A stretch of DNA of 43,061 nt from Gloeobacterales cyanobacterium (GCA_038245785.1 JBBRSB010000037.1:1-43061), one strand, 5' to 3'; shown: positions 1 to 11,793, counted from the stretch's first letter. Translations and numbers: made by a program. The notes: generated by a model not told the origin, from the letters alone.

Positions 1-1438
1 TAGTCGTCCCTGAAAAATCGGATATTGGGCTCACGCCTGAGGTTGTAGCTTGAGCAGCGGAGCGGAATAGAAAAAGCGGTAGAGTTTCCGCAGATTGAAT
101 CCGCAACCCGATAGCAAAGCATTTATTCGGTCGCCCAAAGGACCGCACAGAAAATTGCGCTGCATCCGATGGTCCTGCTTGCTATGGCCAATGACCGGCT
201 CAATGGCACTACGCCTTCTGAGTAAGCGTTTGAGTTTGCTGTCCAGGTTGCGTCTGCCTGTCGTGAAAACCTCGACATCCGGGGGATGATGCGCGGTTCC
301 GCGAAATCCTTTGTCCACAAAGGCCTGAGCTGGTCTAACAGCGGTGAGGTACTCCACTTGGCTGAGCGCTGGGCTGAGCGTTGTGCCATCGTAGGGATTG
401 CCATGCTTGGCATCAATGCCCACTATCCAGTTGCTTTGATTAGTGGTGACCACAACGGCCTTGCAGCCGAATTCATAGGGCTTGTGGACTTTGCCTTTGG
501 CAATGCACTCTACTTCTGGAGCATGCACACTGTAGAGTTTTCCCGAATGATGGCGTTGCTGATGATGAATCCGCTTGGCACGCTCCAGGAGCTCTTGAAA
601 AGCTTCTCGGGCGGGCACCTGCGCCAGCTTCCGTTCAAGGTCGCGAATGACCCGCCCCAAGTAGGTCTTCAGTTTGCGTGTCTGTTTTTGGGCTCGCTGG
701 CCTTGGCGGGCTGCAGCATAGCGACTTTGCTGAAAGAGCGCTCGTTTACCCAAACGCACGTAGCTTTGACGCAGTTTGACTTGATGCTCGCGCGCTAAGC
801 GGACCAGCGCTCGTCTGGCTTTGTCATACAATCGCGCATCTGTGGGAAAAGCGATGGCCTTCTCCTGCACCGTTGTATCCACGTTCACGGCTTTAATCTC
901 CTTGGCTTTTAGCGCTTGCTGTTGAGTGGCTGCGCGCAATACTTGCTTGAGCAGTTTTTCTACACCCTCAGGGCCGACGCGCTGTCGCCATTTGACCAAG
1001 CTGGTCGGATGACAGGGCAACTCGTGTTGAAAACGTTCTTCTCCACAAAAGTATTGCCAGTAGGGATTTTCTACCCATTTACTGACCACGGTTTCATCAC
1101 TCTCGTCGTAGAGCGCTTTCAAGTAATGCAGACCGACCAGCAAGCGAGCAGGCAAACTTGGTCGCCCAGCTTCCCCGCTGGTCACAGGGCCGAATTGGTG
1201 CTCAAAGTAGCTCCAGTCAATGGACTCAGAGAGCTTGACCAAAGGATGTTGTAGATTCAGTTGATGAACTAACAACAGCACATCCTTTCTAGAAGTCTCA
1301 GGCTGCTTGGGGGGTGGGGGCGCACTCATTTCACCAGCTTTGGCCCTTGAAGGCGATATTTCTGGCAATTCTATATCAGCTTTTTTATCCTGAAACCCCT
1401 CTCCTGGTTATATCTGGATATTTTTTCAGGGACGACTA
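1..1438 (-). mobile_element. IS5-family insertion sequence, apparently complete
   Basis: Perfect 17-bp terminal inverted repeat TAGTCGTCCCTGAAAAA (1-17) / TTTTTCAGGGACGACTA (1422-1438) around a single transposase. The left target duplication lies outside the window. Confidence 0.93.
31..1368 (-). CDS. IS5-family DDE transposase
   Basis: DUF772-like N-terminus (HPL..L...IDW, GRP, ENPYWQYFCG) and DDE motifs VDTTVQEK, VDKGFRG, RRSAIEPVIGH. TTG start is uncertain. Confidence 0.93.
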   Translation of the reverse strand: MPEISPSRAKAGEMSAPPPPKQPETSRKDVLLLVHQLNLQHPLVKLSESIDWSYFEHQFGPVTSGEAGRPSLPARLLVGLHYLKALYDESDETVVSKWVENPYWQYFCGEERFQHELPCHPTSLVKWRQRVGPEGVEKLLKQVLRAATQQQALKAKEIKAVNVDTTVQEKAIAFPTDARLYDKARRALVRLAREHQVKLRQSYVRLGKRALFQQSRYAAARQGQRAQKQTRKLKTYLGRVIRDLERKLAQVPAREAFQELLERAKRIHHQQRHHSGKLYSVHAPEVECIAKGKVHKPYEFGCKAVVVTTNQSNWIVGIDAKHGNPYDGTTLSPALSQVEYLTAVRPAQAFVDKGFRGTAHHPPDVEVFTTGRRNLDSKLKRLLRRRSAIEPVIGHSKQDHRMQRNFLCGPLGDRINALLSGCGFNLRKLYRFFYSAPLLKLQPQA

Positions 1439-1531
1439 ATTAATGCGAATTGCTTCTACTTCTGCTGATAAAGAGATCCCCCCAGGCAAAAGAGAACCTC
1501 TATCCTTTGAGGGCTTTGCCCCCCTTAAGAA

Positions 1532-1678
1532 GGCTAAGGTGTATACAGATCTTGGAACCGCCCCCCTGCCCCCCAACTTTGGGGGGTTCTGACTCAAAGT
1601 CCCCCAAAGTTGGGGGATTTAGGGAGCGGTTCGGATCAAAATTTGAGTTGGTTTCGGCTTGTTATGTACACGGTAACC
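1532..1678. mobile_element. MITE-like non-autonomous element with internal REP-like double hairpin
   Basis: Imperfect ends GGCTAAGGTGTATA / TGTACACGGTAACC, flanking direct repeat TTAAGAA (1525-1531, 1679-1685), and internal palindromes CCCCCAACTTTGGGGG and CCCCCAAAGTTGGGGG. Confidence 0.65.
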
Positions 1679-1694
1679 TTAAGAATGAGGGATG

Positions 1695-2018
1695 TCACTC
1701 TAAAATCACAGCCGTACCCGTTGCCGCAACCATCAGCATGTCCCCACCACCACTTATGCTAATGGTTTCATAATCTAAATCCACTGCAATCACAGCATTG
1801 GCACCTATCTTTTTTGCCTCATCCTGCATCTCTTCTAAAGCGATATTTTTGGCTTTGCGCAATTCTTTTTCATAGGCTCCAGAGCGTCCACCGACAACAT
1901 CTCTGATGCCTGCAAAGAAGTCCTTGAAAATATTGGCCCCCAGGATAGCTTCCCCACTGACCAATCCCAAATACTGAATATTTTTGCCTTCTACAGTTGA
2001 TGTGGTTACAACGAGCAT
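1695..2018 (-). CDS. YbjQ/UPF0145 putative heavy-metal-binding protein
   Basis: Motifs [43 protein letters not shown]. Confidence 0.93.
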   Translation of the reverse strand: MLVVTTSTVEGKNIQYLGLVSGEAILGANIFKDFFAGIRDVVGGRSGAYEKELRKAKNIALEEMQDEAKKIGANAVIAVDLDYETISISGGGDMLMVAATGTAVILE

Positions 2019-2046
2019 AGATGGTCTCCAAAGTTTTACTAAGCGG

Positions 2047-5000
2047 TTAGGCTAGCCCATGATACTCCTGAATCGTTTTCACCTGTAAAGGACCTTCTTG
2101 CAAAGCGCGAATGGCTTGGGCCGTAGCAATTGCCCCTGCAATCGTTGTAATCACAGGCACTCTTTGAGCAAGGGCGGTGCGGCGAATTCTGCGCCCATCC
2201 GATTGGGCTTCGCTACCGGTCGGTGTATTGATAACGAGCTGGATCTGACCATTTTTCAAGAGGTCTTCGATATGGGGACGACCTTCGTGAATTTTCAGAA
2301 CTTCTTCGGTGATAAGTCCCTGCTCTGCTAAAAATTTCTGGGTGCCTCGGGTACAGACTACAGAGAAGTTGAGATCTAACAGGTTTCTGACCACGGGAAT
2401 GACCGCCTCTTTATCCCGGTCGCTGACAGAAATAAATACTTTTCCAGCAATCGGAATGCGTTGTCCTGCAGCGATTTGGGCTTTGGCAAAAGCAGCGCCA
2501 AAGTCCACATCAATGCCCATCACTTCCCCGGTGGAACGCATTTCTGGACCGAGAATTAAGTCTGTCCCAGGGAACTTCTCAAAAGGAAGAACGGCTTCTT
2601 TAACGGCGACATGTTTGGGAATCACTTCTTCCGTAAAGTTTAATTCTTCTAGCGTCTTACCTGACATTAAGCGGGCGGCAATCATCGCCAGCGGCACACC
2701 AATAGCCTTAGAAACAAAAGGAACGGTGCGAGAAGCACGAGGATTCACTTCTAAGACATACACTTGTTCCTCTTGAACGGCATATTGCACGTTCATCAAA
2801 CCGACCACATTCAAACTCTGAGCAAGCTTAACCGTCCAATCACGAATCGTTTGCAAAACAGTTTCTGACAGAGAGCGGGCAGGCAATACACAAGCTGAAT
2901 CGCCTGAGTGAATACCCGCTTCTTCAATGTGTTCCATGATGCCACCGATTACCACTCGGCCTGTGCGGTCACAGACAGCATCAACATCGACTTCTACCGC
3001 TCCTTCGAGGAATTGGTCAATCAGAATCGGATGTTCGGTAATGTCTAGATCTAAAGGCAGAGCCGTAGTCATGTAGCGTTCTAAATCTCGGTCAGAATAG
3101 ACAATTTCCATCGCCCGTCCGCCGAGCACATAGCTAGGACGAACGACCACGGGGTAGCCTACCCGCTGGGCAGCAACCAAAGCTTCGGCATGGGAACGAG
3201 CAATTCCATTGTTTGGCTGACGAATATCTAAGGCCCGTAACACTTGTTCAAAGCGCTCCCGGTCTTCTGCCCGATCAATGGCATCAGGACTAGTTCCCCA
3301 AATCGGAACCCCTGCTTTTTCTAGAGGAACGGCTAATTTTAAAGGCGTCTGACCGCCAAATTGAACGATCACTCCTTCTGGTTTCTCTGCCTCCACAATA
3401 TTGAGCACATCTTCCCGTGTGAGGGGCTCAAAAAAGAGAACATCCGAAGTGTCATAGTCTGTAGAAACAGTCTCAGGGTTGGAGTTGACCATGATTGTTT
3501 CAAACCCATCTTCTGAAAGCGCAAAACAGGCATGGCAGCAACAATAGTCAAACTCAATGCCCTGACCGATGCGGTTAGGACCACCCCCGAGGATCATCAC
3601 CTTGCGTTTCGGGCTGATCCGCAGTTCCGTTTCTGACTCGTAGGTGGAGTAGTGATAGGGGGTAAAGGCTTCAAATTCGGCAGCACAGGTGTCTACTGTT
3701 TTATAGACTGGACTGATACCGAGGGTATTTCGCAAACTACGAATCGCCTGTTCGTTACTGCCCAAGAGATAGCCTAGCTGTGGGTCGGAGTAGCCATTTT
3801 GCTTGTATTCCAAAAGCCAGTCTTTCTGTTCTTGCGCAGAAAGCGTATCGAGACCGCCCTTCTCCCTGAGAGCTAAAGCTTGGTTTTCTAAGGCGACTAG
3901 TTCTGCAAATTTGTCCAAGAACCAGGGATCTACTTTGGTAATCTCGTGGATTTCCTCGACGGTGGCCCCTGCCCTTAAAGCATCATGAATCTGGAACAGG
4001 CGCTCAGGATTAGGCGTGCGGATGTTTCGCAGCAGGGCTGCGAGGTCTGTGCTGGCTTCAGGCCGGTCTGCCCCGAAGCCAAAACGGCCCAATTCCATGG
4101 AGCGCAGCGCTTTTTGCAAGGACTCATTGAAGGTGCGGCCTATACTCATCGCCTCACCCACTGACTTCATTTGAGTGGTGAGCACAGGTTCAGAACCAGG
4201 GAATTTCTCAAAGGCAAAGCGGGGTATTTTCGTAACGACATAGTCAATCGTTGGTTCAAAGCTGGCTGGGGTTTCCCGAGTAATATCGTTGGGAATCTCG
4301 TCCAAGGTGTATCCCACCGCTAGCTTGGCCGCAATCTTGGCAATCGGAAATCCGGTGGCTTTAGAGGCCAAAGCCGAGCTGCGAGAAACCCGAGGATTCA
4401 TTTCAATGACAATTACTTTGCCCGTTTCTGGCTGGATAGCAAACTGAATATTAGATCCACCTGTTTCCACCCCAATTTCCCGAATGACGGCGATAGAGGC
4501 ATCCCGCAGCCGTTGATATTCCTTATCGGTCAGAGTTTGAGCAGGCGCTACGGTTACCGAATCGCCCGTATGAATGCCCATCGGATCAATGTTTTCAATC
4601 GAGCAGATAATCACTACGTTATCGGCCAGGTCCCGCATCACTTCCAGTTCGTATTCTTTCCAGCCCAGGGCGGACTCTTCAATCAGGACCTGACTGGTGG
4701 GAGATGCTTCCATTCCCGTTCGACAGACTGCTTCGAATTCTTCTTGGTTGTAGGCAATACCGCCTCCAGAACCGCCTAAGGTGAAACTAGGGCGAATAAT
4801 TAAGGGGAAAGAGCCAATAATGTTTTGACCAATGTGGCGGCATTCTTCGAGGGTGTGCCCAAACCCTGACTTCGGCACAGACAAGCCAATCTTTTCCATG
4901 GCCGCCTTGAATTTCTCGCGGTCCTCTGCCTTTTGAATCGCTTCTAGTTTGGCTCCAATCAGCTCTACGCCATACTTTTCTAAAACGCCAGACTCGGCCA

Positions 5001-5304
5001 GGGCGACGGCCACATTCAGGGCTGTTTGACCGCCCATGGTGGGCAAGAGCGCATCCGGTCGCTCCCGCTCGATGATTTTAGCCACAATCTCTGGCGTGAC
5101 CGGCTCAATATAGGTACGGTCGGCAAAAAGGGGGTCTGTCATGATCGTAGCGGGATTGGAATTCACCAAAACGACGGTGTATCCCTCTTCTCTCAAAGCT
5201 TTGCAGGCTTGGGTTCCCGAGTAGTCAAATTCACAGGCTTGGCCAATGACAATCGGTCCAGCTCCGATAATCAGGATTTTCTTTAGGTCAGTTCTTTTGG
5301 GCAT
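2047..5304 (-). CDS. carB: Carbamoyl-phosphate synthase large subunit
   Basis: [30 protein letters not shown] start, duplicated ATP-grasp domains, C-terminal MGS domain. Start set at MPKR. Confidence 0.99.
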   Translation of the reverse strand: MPKRTDLKKILIIGAGPIVIGQACEFDYSGTQACKALREEGYTVVLVNSNPATIMTDPLFADRTYIEPVTPEIVAKIIERERPDALLPTMGGQTALNVAVALAESGVLEKYGVELIGAKLEAIQKAEDREKFKAAMEKIGLSVPKSGFGHTLEECRHIGQNIIGSFPLIIRPSFTLGGSGGGIAYNQEEFEAVCRTGMEASPTSQVLIEESALGWKEYELEVMRDLADNVVIICSIENIDPMGIHTGDSVTVAPAQTLTDKEYQRLRDASIAVIREIGVETGGSNIQFAIQPETGKVIVIEMNPRVSRSSALASKATGFPIAKIAAKLAVGYTLDEIPNDITRETPASFEPTIDYVVTKIPRFAFEKFPGSEPVLTTQMKSVGEAMSIGRTFNESLQKALRSMELGRFGFGADRPEASTDLAALLRNIRTPNPERLFQIHDALRAGATVEEIHEITKVDPWFLDKFAELVALENQALALREKGGLDTLSAQEQKDWLLEYKQNGYSDPQLGYLLGSNEQAIRSLRNTLGISPVYKTVDTCAAEFEAFTPYHYSTYESETELRISPKRKVMILGGGPNRIGQGIEFDYCCCHACFALSEDGFETIMVNSNPETVSTDYDTSDVLFFEPLTREDVLNIVEAEKPEGVIVQFGGQTPLKLAVPLEKAGVPIWGTSPDAIDRAEDRERFEQVLRALDIRQPNNGIARSHAEALVAAQRVGYPVVVRPSYVLGGRAMEIVYSDRDLERYMTTALPLDLDITEHPILIDQFLEGAVEVDVDAVCDRTGRVVIGGIMEHIEEAGIHSGDSACVLPARSLSETVLQTIRDWTVKLAQSLNVVGLMNVQYAVQEEQVYVLEVNPRASRTVPFVSKAIGVPLAMIAARLMSGKTLEELNFTEEVIPKHVAVKEAVLPFEKFPGTDLILGPEMRSTGEVMGIDVDFGAAFAKAQIAAGQRIPIAGKVFISVSDRDKEAVIPVVRNLLDLNFSVVCTRGTQKFLAEQGLITEEVLKIHEGRPHIEDLLKNGQIQLVINTPTGSEAQSDGRRIRRTALAQRVPVITTIAGAIATAQAIRALQEGPLQVKTIQEYHGLA

Positions 5305-5368
5305 CAGGGCACACAAGGCAATCCCACTTATTCTAGGGGCACAGGAACGCTCTGTGGCGTGCTTCCTC

Positions 5369-7360
5369 TTAAAATATGCCGTTGTTTTTCAGCGGTACAG
5401 TAAACCAAAACGTAGACCCCCGAGCCTCTTTACTTTCTACCCCGATCTGGCCTCCGATCATATCCACGAGGCGTTTGCAGATGGCTAGCCCTAACCCCGT
5501 TCCTCCGTACTTACGGGTGACGGAACCGTCCACTTGCGTGAAGGGTTGGAAGATTCGCTCTTGTTCATGGAGAGCTAAACCAATGCCCGTGTCTACAACT
5601 TCGAACCGCACTGCGCTCTTCTGTTCGTCAACACTGACCCGCACCTCGATCCCTCCTTGCTCGGTGAACTTGACGGCATTTCCTAAAAAGTTCAAGAGGA
5701 CCTGGCGTACGCGACCAGGGTCTCCTTGAATAAATTCAGGGACGTTATGTTCTATGTCTATTTCTAAGGTGAGTTTTTTGCTGCGCGCCACGGGTTCTAC
5801 CAAGCGCATTGCCTGGAAGACTGTATCTTCCGGTTTGAAGTCATAGCACTCTAAGACCAATTGACCCGCTTCAATCTTCGAAAAATCGAGAATGTCATTA
5901 ATGATGTACATGAGGTTAGATCCAGACATCCGCACAATATCGACGTACTCATGCTGCTCAGCGTCCAAGGGAGTGTCGAACAGAAGTTCGGTCATCCCGA
6001 GAATGCCGTGCATGGGGGTCCGTATTTCATGGCTCATGGTGGCCAAAAATTCTGATTTGAGCCGAGAGGCTTCTATCGCTTGGTCTCTGGCTGCTGCTAG
6101 GGTACTTTCTGCTTCTTTGCGCTGAGAAATATCCAGGCAAGAGCCGATGATACGCGAGATCTTTTTGTTGATTTCTAAGACAGGGGATAGCGTGATCAAA
6201 TAGGTACAGTCTCCCATCTGTTCTTCATAGCTGTAGGAAGACTTTTCTTCTAAGCAGTAGACACAGTAGGCCCACAGCTTATCTGCTGCATCTTCCGGGA
6301 GACACTCATAGGGGCTAAACTTTTCGACAACGGTGGATAGGAGACAAAACATCCGAGCAAAGGAAGCGTTTACCGTTACAAAGCGTAGACTCGATTCCTG
6401 GGTTGAGGTCGGAGGGTCCACATCCACAATAAAAATTCCGTCTGAGATGTTGTCGAAGATAGTTTGCAAAATCGCTTCACTACTTTTCCGTGCTTCTTCT
6501 GCTTGCTTATTTTCTTCTTCAAGACGTTTGGATAGGGTGATGTCCTGGGCTGTAATGCGTAGCTCCGCCGTCTTGTCACTGACGCCAAAAACTAACTGAG
6601 TTTTTTCACGCACCCAAAGTTCAGTTCCGTCTTTGCAAACACGACGAAATTCTAGTTCTTTCTGATCAGCTCCTCTATGTAGGGTTTTAGCCATTTGTTC
6701 TTGGACTTGGTAACGGTCCTGCTCATGGATAAAGTTCCAGATTGATTTTCCCAATAGTTCTTCTTTGCCATACCCCAAATAATGCGCTCCTGATTGAGTG
6801 ATCGACTTGATCAACCCATCGGGGGTAACGGATAGGTAAATGTCAAGAGCGCGGTCATAGAGGTCTTGATGGCGAATTCTCTGAATAGCGGCTGCCATCG
6901 GCGTCATCATAGACTCGAGGAGCTGAATTTCCTGGGTGGACCATACGCGAGGACGATCACATTGATGAATATAGAGCACCGCAACTAACGTGCTCCCTAG
7001 CATGACAGGTACTCCCACGGCTGCGGCAGTCTGACTTGCTACATACTCTTGTTTAGCCTCAGCTGGAATGCGCTTGTCATAGCGGATATCAGGAATAATT
7101 TGTGTTGAATGTCCTTCTAAAATTAAACGCGCGAGAGGTTCATCCGCCTTAAAAAGTTGACGGGCTGAAATACAGTTTGGCTGAAGATACTCATGGAAGG
7201 GTTCTAAGACCAAGCTACCTGAGTCTACGGAGAGCAAAATACAGCGGCTTACCTGTAAACCTTCCCCAATCACGCTAACGACATCGTCGAGTACTTGCTC
7301 TAGAGAGACCGCCTGGGCTATATGCGTACAAAAGTCAGTCAACAGCGCAAGGTGCTTCAT
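5369..7360 (-). CDS. GAF-PAS-PAS sensor histidine kinase
   Basis: GAF ([17 protein letters not shown]), PAS/PAC, H-box [14 protein letters not shown]-box NAVKFT, DTGIG, GGTGLGL. No receiver domain. Confidence 0.93.
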   Translation of the reverse strand: MKHLALLTDFCTHIAQAVSLEQVLDDVVSVIGEGLQVSRCILLSVDSGSLVLEPFHEYLQPNCISARQLFKADEPLARLILEGHSTQIIPDIRYDKRIPAEAKQEYVASQTAAAVGVPVMLGSTLVAVLYIHQCDRPRVWSTQEIQLLESMMTPMAAAIQRIRHQDLYDRALDIYLSVTPDGLIKSITQSGAHYLGYGKEELLGKSIWNFIHEQDRYQVQEQMAKTLHRGADQKELEFRRVCKDGTELWVREKTQLVFGVSDKTAELRITAQDITLSKRLEEENKQAEEARKSSEAILQTIFDNISDGIFIVDVDPPTSTQESSLRFVTVNASFARMFCLLSTVVEKFSPYECLPEDAADKLWAYCVYCLEEKSSYSYEEQMGDCTYLITLSPVLEINKKISRIIGSCLDISQRKEAESTLAAARDQAIEASRLKSEFLATMSHEIRTPMHGILGMTELLFDTPLDAEQHEYVDIVRMSGSNLMYIINDILDFSKIEAGQLVLECYDFKPEDTVFQAMRLVEPVARSKKLTLEIDIEHNVPEFIQGDPGRVRQVLLNFLGNAVKFTEQGGIEVRVSVDEQKSAVRFEVVDTGIGLALHEQERIFQPFTQVDGSVTRKYGGTGLGLAICKRLVDMIGGQIGVESKEARGSTFWFTVPLKNNGIF

Positions 7361-7681
7361 CGGAGCCTGTCACGGAGATGGACATTTCCTGGATTCACGG
7401 CTGATCCACGGGTTAGAAAAGATCAAGTGATGAGGAAATACCGTATTAGTACGGATAAGTTCAGTTTTCCCTAGGCTGCGGGCGCTGTCCCATATCTGTT
7501 GAAGGTTTCATATTTTGATGATTGCTGTTTCAGTACGCCTGCGTGAGAGGTTACTGGGGAACGTATCCTATGATACATATCAAGATGCGTCTTACCCGGA
7601 GCTGGTTATAAGCTCTATCTATTTAAGGTGCACAGTGAACCTTAATATGTTCTGATCAAAAAACTACAAGCCTTCCATCGA

Positions 7682-8521
7682 ATGAAAGTACTGATTCTGG
7701 GATCCGGGTATACCGGTAGCCGTCTGGCCCTCTTACTCTTGGACCAAAAAATTTCTGTTTGTCTCACAACCCGTAGCGGAGAGCGTCCAGCTGCCATGGA
7801 TGCCCCTTGCTTCAGGTTCTCCGATGATTTTCCTGTACTTCCTGACCAAGCTTTGTCCGGTGTCACCCATGTTCTGAACAGTATTCCTCCCGATGAGCAA
7901 GGGCTAGATCCTGTGGCAGCCTATCTGCTCCCTGTCCTGGAAAAAGCTGCTCTAACGTGGTTTGGCTATCTGTCTACTACGGGAGTCTATGGAGATGTGC
8001 AGGGGGCTTGGGTCGATGAGCGCACCCCTGTAAACCCACAGCAAATCCGCTCACGACATCGAGTGGTTGCTGAACGCACTTTTTTAGCATCGGCCCTCCC
8101 GACGCATATTTTTCGGTTACCCGGTATTTATGGCCCAGGTCGGAGTGTTTTTGAGCGGCTCAAATCTGGTAAAGCTCAGCAGATTGATCGACCAGGCCAT
8201 GTATTTTCTCGTATTCACGTGGAAGATATCGTTGGCACTCTATGGGCTTCGATGAATCGACCGAATCCCCCTTCTATCTACAATGTGGCGGATGATGAAC
8301 CTACGGAGCCGAGCCAGCTATTGATAGAAGCGTCAAAGTTTCTTGGCATCGCCCCTCCCCCCGCTATCCCCTTTGAACAAGCGGCACTAAGCCCAATGGC
8401 CACCACTTTTTGGAGCGAATGCCGTAGGGTGAGCAATCAAAAAATAAAGACTGAGCTGGGAGTCGTTCTGAAATACCCGACCTATCGGGAAGGATTAAGG
8501 GCTATCTTTGGAGAATCGTAG
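7682..8521 (+). CDS. Atypical SDR / NAD-dependent epimerase-dehydratase family protein
   Basis: GSGYTG Rossmann motif, YLSTTGVYGD, RLPGIYGPGR, SRIHVEDI. Confidence 0.9.
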   Translation: MKVLILGSGYTGSRLALLLLDQKISVCLTTRSGERPAAMDAPCFRFSDDFPVLPDQALSGVTHVLNSIPPDEQGLDPVAAYLLPVLEKAALTWFGYLSTTGVYGDVQGAWVDERTPVNPQQIRSRHRVVAERTFLASALPTHIFRLPGIYGPGRSVFERLKSGKAQQIDRPGHVFSRIHVEDIVGTLWASMNRPNPPSIYNVADDEPTEPSQLLIEASKFLGIAPPPAIPFEQAALSPMATTFWSECRRVSNQKIKTELGVVLKYPTYREGLRAIFGES

Positions 8522-8536
8522 TTACGACCCATTTAA

Positions 8537-9391
8537 CTATCCCAAAGACAGAATCCTATAGGACCCAAAAACTTTGAGGCGTTCTGTCAACTCTTGAATT
8601 TCTTCTAATGCTTCTTGTACGTGGGGTTCGGATTGACTGGATTCTAGTTCTAGAAAGAATAAATAAGCGCCTAAAGATGTCTTCGTGGGACGAGATTCAA
8701 TCTTAGCAAGGTTAATTTTGCGTCGGGCAAAACTGTCTAAGACCTGATTGAGAACTCCGGGCCGATTGGCATAGAGGGAAAAAGCTAAAGAGGTATTAGT
8801 TGTGTTCGGTTGTTCTTCTGCGGCGAGACCGATGACCAAGAAACGGGTTTGATTGTCGGGATAATCATGAATAGAAGAGGCCAGAATCGGAAGATCGAAG
8901 AGTTGGGCTGCTCGTGCTGAAGCGATCGCTGCATAGCGCACGCTTGCTTCCTGGCTAATCGATTCCAGGGCCTCGGTATTGGAACTAGTGGGTATTAGTT
9001 GGGCCTGCGGCAGATTTTTCTCCAGCCAAAGTTGGCACTGGGCAAGAGATTGGGGATGGGTGTAGACTTCGGTTATTTCCTGTAGTGTTGCTGCCTTAGA
9101 AATCAAGTTGTGATGAATCGGCAACACCAAGGCTTGCTGAATCTGGACCTCAGGCGTAGACCACAGGCAATCCAACGTGGTGCCGACGCTTCCTTCAACA
9201 GAATTTTCTACTGGCACTACCGCCCAGGCCGCATCGCCTCGACTCAAGGCTTGGAAGGCTCCTTGGATACTGCGATGAGGGTCTAGTACAATCGTGCCCC
9301 CATGCTTGAGATGATGGTCTAGATAGCAAAGGGTCGCCCATTCGGTGTAGGTTCCTTTAGGCCCCAGGTATGCGATAACAAGTTCTGGCAT
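8537..9391 (-). CDS. pheA: Prephenate dehydratase
   Basis: IAYLGPKGTY, VPVENSVEGSV, NQTRF, ACT domain with KIESRP. Confidence 0.97.
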   Translation of the reverse strand: MPELVIAYLGPKGTYTEWATLCYLDHHLKHGGTIVLDPHRSIQGAFQALSRGDAAWAVVPVENSVEGSVGTTLDCLWSTPEVQIQQALVLPIHHNLISKAATLQEITEVYTHPQSLAQCQLWLEKNLPQAQLIPTSSNTEALESISQEASVRYAAIASARAAQLFDLPILASSIHDYPDNQTRFLVIGLAAEEQPNTTNTSLAFSLYANRPGVLNQVLDSFARRKINLAKIESRPTKTSLGAYLFFLELESSQSEPHVQEALEEIQELTERLKVFGSYRILSLG

Positions 9392-9395
9392 GACA

Positions 9396-10091
9396 ATGAA
9401 ACCTTATCAAAAGATTCTGATTCTCGAATGTGGTGAACCTCTGGTGGAGGTCTCCCCTATTTTCCCCCGTGAGTGTCCTCATCCGTACGTTGCTTTAGGT
9501 GCTCCCTACGGAGAACGCTCTCCCTTTTATCTGCGACAAGGGGTGATTGAACGCTTGGAGCAAGCTCAAAATAAACTAGAACAGCTGCACATAGGCTGGC
9601 GCTTGAAAATTTTTGATGCTTATCGTCCTATTCCTGTGCAGCAATTTATGGTCCAGTACAGCTTCGAGCAAGAGGCTAAAGTTCAAGGTTTAGATCCAAA
9701 GGCTTTGTCTGAGGCAGAACGTGAAGCTTTGATGGCTAGAGTCTACCAATTTTGGGCAGCACCTAGTCCAGACCATGCCACGCCCCCACCGCATAGTACA
9801 GGAGGGGCCGTGGACTTAACTTTGGTAGATGAATCAGGTCAGGAAATCGATATGGGTTCTCCGATCGATGAAATCTCAGAACGTTCTTACCCAGATCATT
9901 TCGCCTCTATAGACCCAAAGGTTCATCACCATCGCCAAGTCCTCAAGCACGTGATGAACGATGCCGGATTCAAACAGCATCTGAATGAATGGTGGCACTT
10001 TTGCTACGGCGATCAAATGTGGGTATGGCTTAGTCAGCAGGATGGAAATGGAAGAGTACAACAAGCGATGTATGGTCAGGCTTCTATCTAG
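9396..10091 (+). CDS. D-alanyl-D-alanine dipeptidase (M15/VanX family)
   Basis: IFDAYRP, PPPHSTGGAVDLTL, EWWHF. Start is ATG 9396 or 9390. Confidence 0.92.
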   Translation: MKPYQKILILECGEPLVEVSPIFPRECPHPYVALGAPYGERSPFYLRQGVIERLEQAQNKLEQLHIGWRLKIFDAYRPIPVQQFMVQYSFEQEAKVQGLDPKALSEAEREALMARVYQFWAAPSPDHATPPPHSTGGAVDLTLVDESGQEIDMGSPIDEISERSYPDHFASIDPKVHHHRQVLKHVMNDAGFKQHLNEWWHFCYGDQMWVWLSQQDGNGRVQQAMYGQASI

Positions 10092-10150
10092 AGAAATCCA
10101 AACTCACGACTTGTTACTGAAATAAGACAAAAAAGAAATACGATTAGCCA

Positions 10151-10852
10151 CTACTCGATACGTTGCACCTCATCTTGTCCTGCTCTCGCGACTAGAACTA
10201 AATCGGTCATACCTACAAAGAGCCCATTTTCTAAAACGCCTGGAATATTGTTGATTTGATATTCCAGAACTTCGGGATCATCAATACCGCCGGGGAACGT
10301 AATATCTAGAACAAAATTTCCTTGATCGGTGATCACAGGTCCGCCTTTACGGATAGCCATGCGCAGGTCCACTTTTGCGCCCATAGATTCTAATCGTTTT
10401 GTCACGGAGGCAGAGGCAAGGGGCAAAACCTCTACGGGCAGAGCAAAGGTTGTATTCAATTTCTCGACGAGTTTGGAATCGTCCACAATCACTACAAAAT
10501 AGTCTGCCATCGCCGCAACGATTTTCTCGCGGGTATGGGCAGCTCCTCCTCCCTTGATCAGATTCTTCTGGGGGTCCACCTCATCGGCTCCATCAATGGC
10601 GATATCCAAATGTGTAGCGTCATCAATGGGGATAGTGGGAATCCCTTCTTTCCGAGCAAGAAGCACTGACTGAAAAGAAGTCGGTACGCCGATGATCTTC
10701 AATCCTTCTTCTCTAACCCGCTGTCCCAAGGCTGCAATCATGAATGCTGCGGTGGACCCTGTGCCCAAACCGACCATCATGCCGTCTTCTACGAGCTGGG
10801 CAGCGGCTTCACCGGTACGTTTTTTTGCAAGATCTTTGGGGTCCATGGTCAT
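10151..10852 (-). CDS. rpiA: Ribose-5-phosphate isomerase A
   Basis: GLGTGST, DGADEVD, KGGGAAHTREK motifs. Confidence 0.98.
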   Translation of the reverse strand: MTMDPKDLAKKRTGEAAAQLVEDGMMVGLGTGSTAAFMIAALGQRVREEGLKIIGVPTSFQSVLLARKEGIPTIPIDDATHLDIAIDGADEVDPQKNLIKGGGAAHTREKIVAAMADYFVVIVDDSKLVEKLNTTFALPVEVLPLASASVTKRLESMGAKVDLRMAIRKGGPVITDQGNFVLDITFPGGIDDPEVLEYQINNIPGVLENGLFVGMTDLVLVARAGQDEVQRIE

Positions 10853-11120
10853 GACCGATCGCCTGTGTAGGGAAACGAGAGCATGATACCGCCCTGTATG
10901 ACTGATTGGAGCAAATAGTTACTGTCGATCGCTACTTTTGTGTGGATTCTATCAAGCTGATGTCAAGTTTAATGTGTTGATGAAATTACTTAGAACTACT
11001 GATAGAGGGCTTCTCCGTACTTCATAATGACTTCATCGATACCTTTACTGCACTTTATAAATACCTTCGTTTAGAAAGGTACTTTGAGTTTATACAAACA
11101 GTAAAAGTAGAGTATAAATT

Positions 11121-11351
11121 GTGGACAAACTAATCAGCCGTCTTATTGATGAAATCTATTTGGAATGTGAGGAGTCATATCAGAAGACAGGCCGGATTCC
11201 TAATGTCAAAGCTATGGTCGCTAAAGCTCTGGATGAGCTAGGCCTGCAGCTGCATGGGCAGCGCCCTGAGATCGAGTTGGCTGTTCGCAACAGTGTTCAG
11301 GAAAGTCTTCTGAAAGCAAGGATAAAGAAAAAGAGTCCATCTGCTTATTAA
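11121..11351 (+). CDS. Small hypothetical protein (76 aa)
   Basis: GTG-start ORF with helical, protein-like composition, lying after an AT-rich intergenic region. No family recognised. Confidence 0.55.
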   Translation: MDKLISRLIDEIYLECEESYQKTGRIPNVKAMVAKALDELGLQLHGQRPEIELAVRNSVQESLLKARIKKKSPSAY

Positions 11352-11643
11352 GTAGGCCAGAAAAACTTAGCTGTTTGTCGAGATATGATAAGTCTCCTAT
11401 TCTTCTAGTAGAATACGGAGACTTTTTTCATCTCCTTAGATAATGCAGTTCCGAAAAGGTCCTTCTCTGATTCATAGATCCTTATTGGTCCAAATCGACT
11501 GAAAGCAGAAGAAACTAGTGTTAGCGGAATAGACCTTATCAATGGAGAAGGATGAGCCTTAGATGAACCGATGTAGCAAGCGAGGCTCAAAGACCTCTCT
11601 ACTCACAATGACTCACCCTGAAACGCCTGGTTCAAAATAAAAG

Positions 11644-11673
11644 TTGGCAAAGGGAATTTTCAGGTAGTACTAT
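11644..11673 (+). promoter_or_regulatory. Putative sigma70-type promoter for tRNA-His
   Basis: TTGGCA-N18-TACTAT ending 14 nt before the tRNA. Confidence 0.45.
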
Positions 11674-11687
11674 GATTACTGGCTCAT

Positions 11688-11764
11688 GGCGGGCGTAGCC
11701 AAGGGGTTAAGGCAGAGGTTTGTGGTACCTCCATTCGTGGGTTCAAGTCCCATCGTCCGCCCCA
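11688..11764 (+). tRNA. trnH: tRNA-His(GTG)
   Basis: G-1, acceptor GCGGGCG/CGTCCGC, anticodon arm GAGGT-TTGTGGT-ACCTC, T-loop GTTCAAGTC, C discriminator and encoded CCA. Confidence 0.97.
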
Positions 11765-11793
11765 TGTTGGATATGAAAGCAACTGTACATGCC

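Noticed and set aside
1450..1773. 107-aa plus-strand ORF
   Set aside because: Runs through the MITE palindromes and antisense into the YbjQ gene, so it is probably spurious.
11740..11764. tRNA-His 3' end as the att site of an integrated element
   Set aside because: No second copy of the tRNA 3' end and no integrase found in the window.
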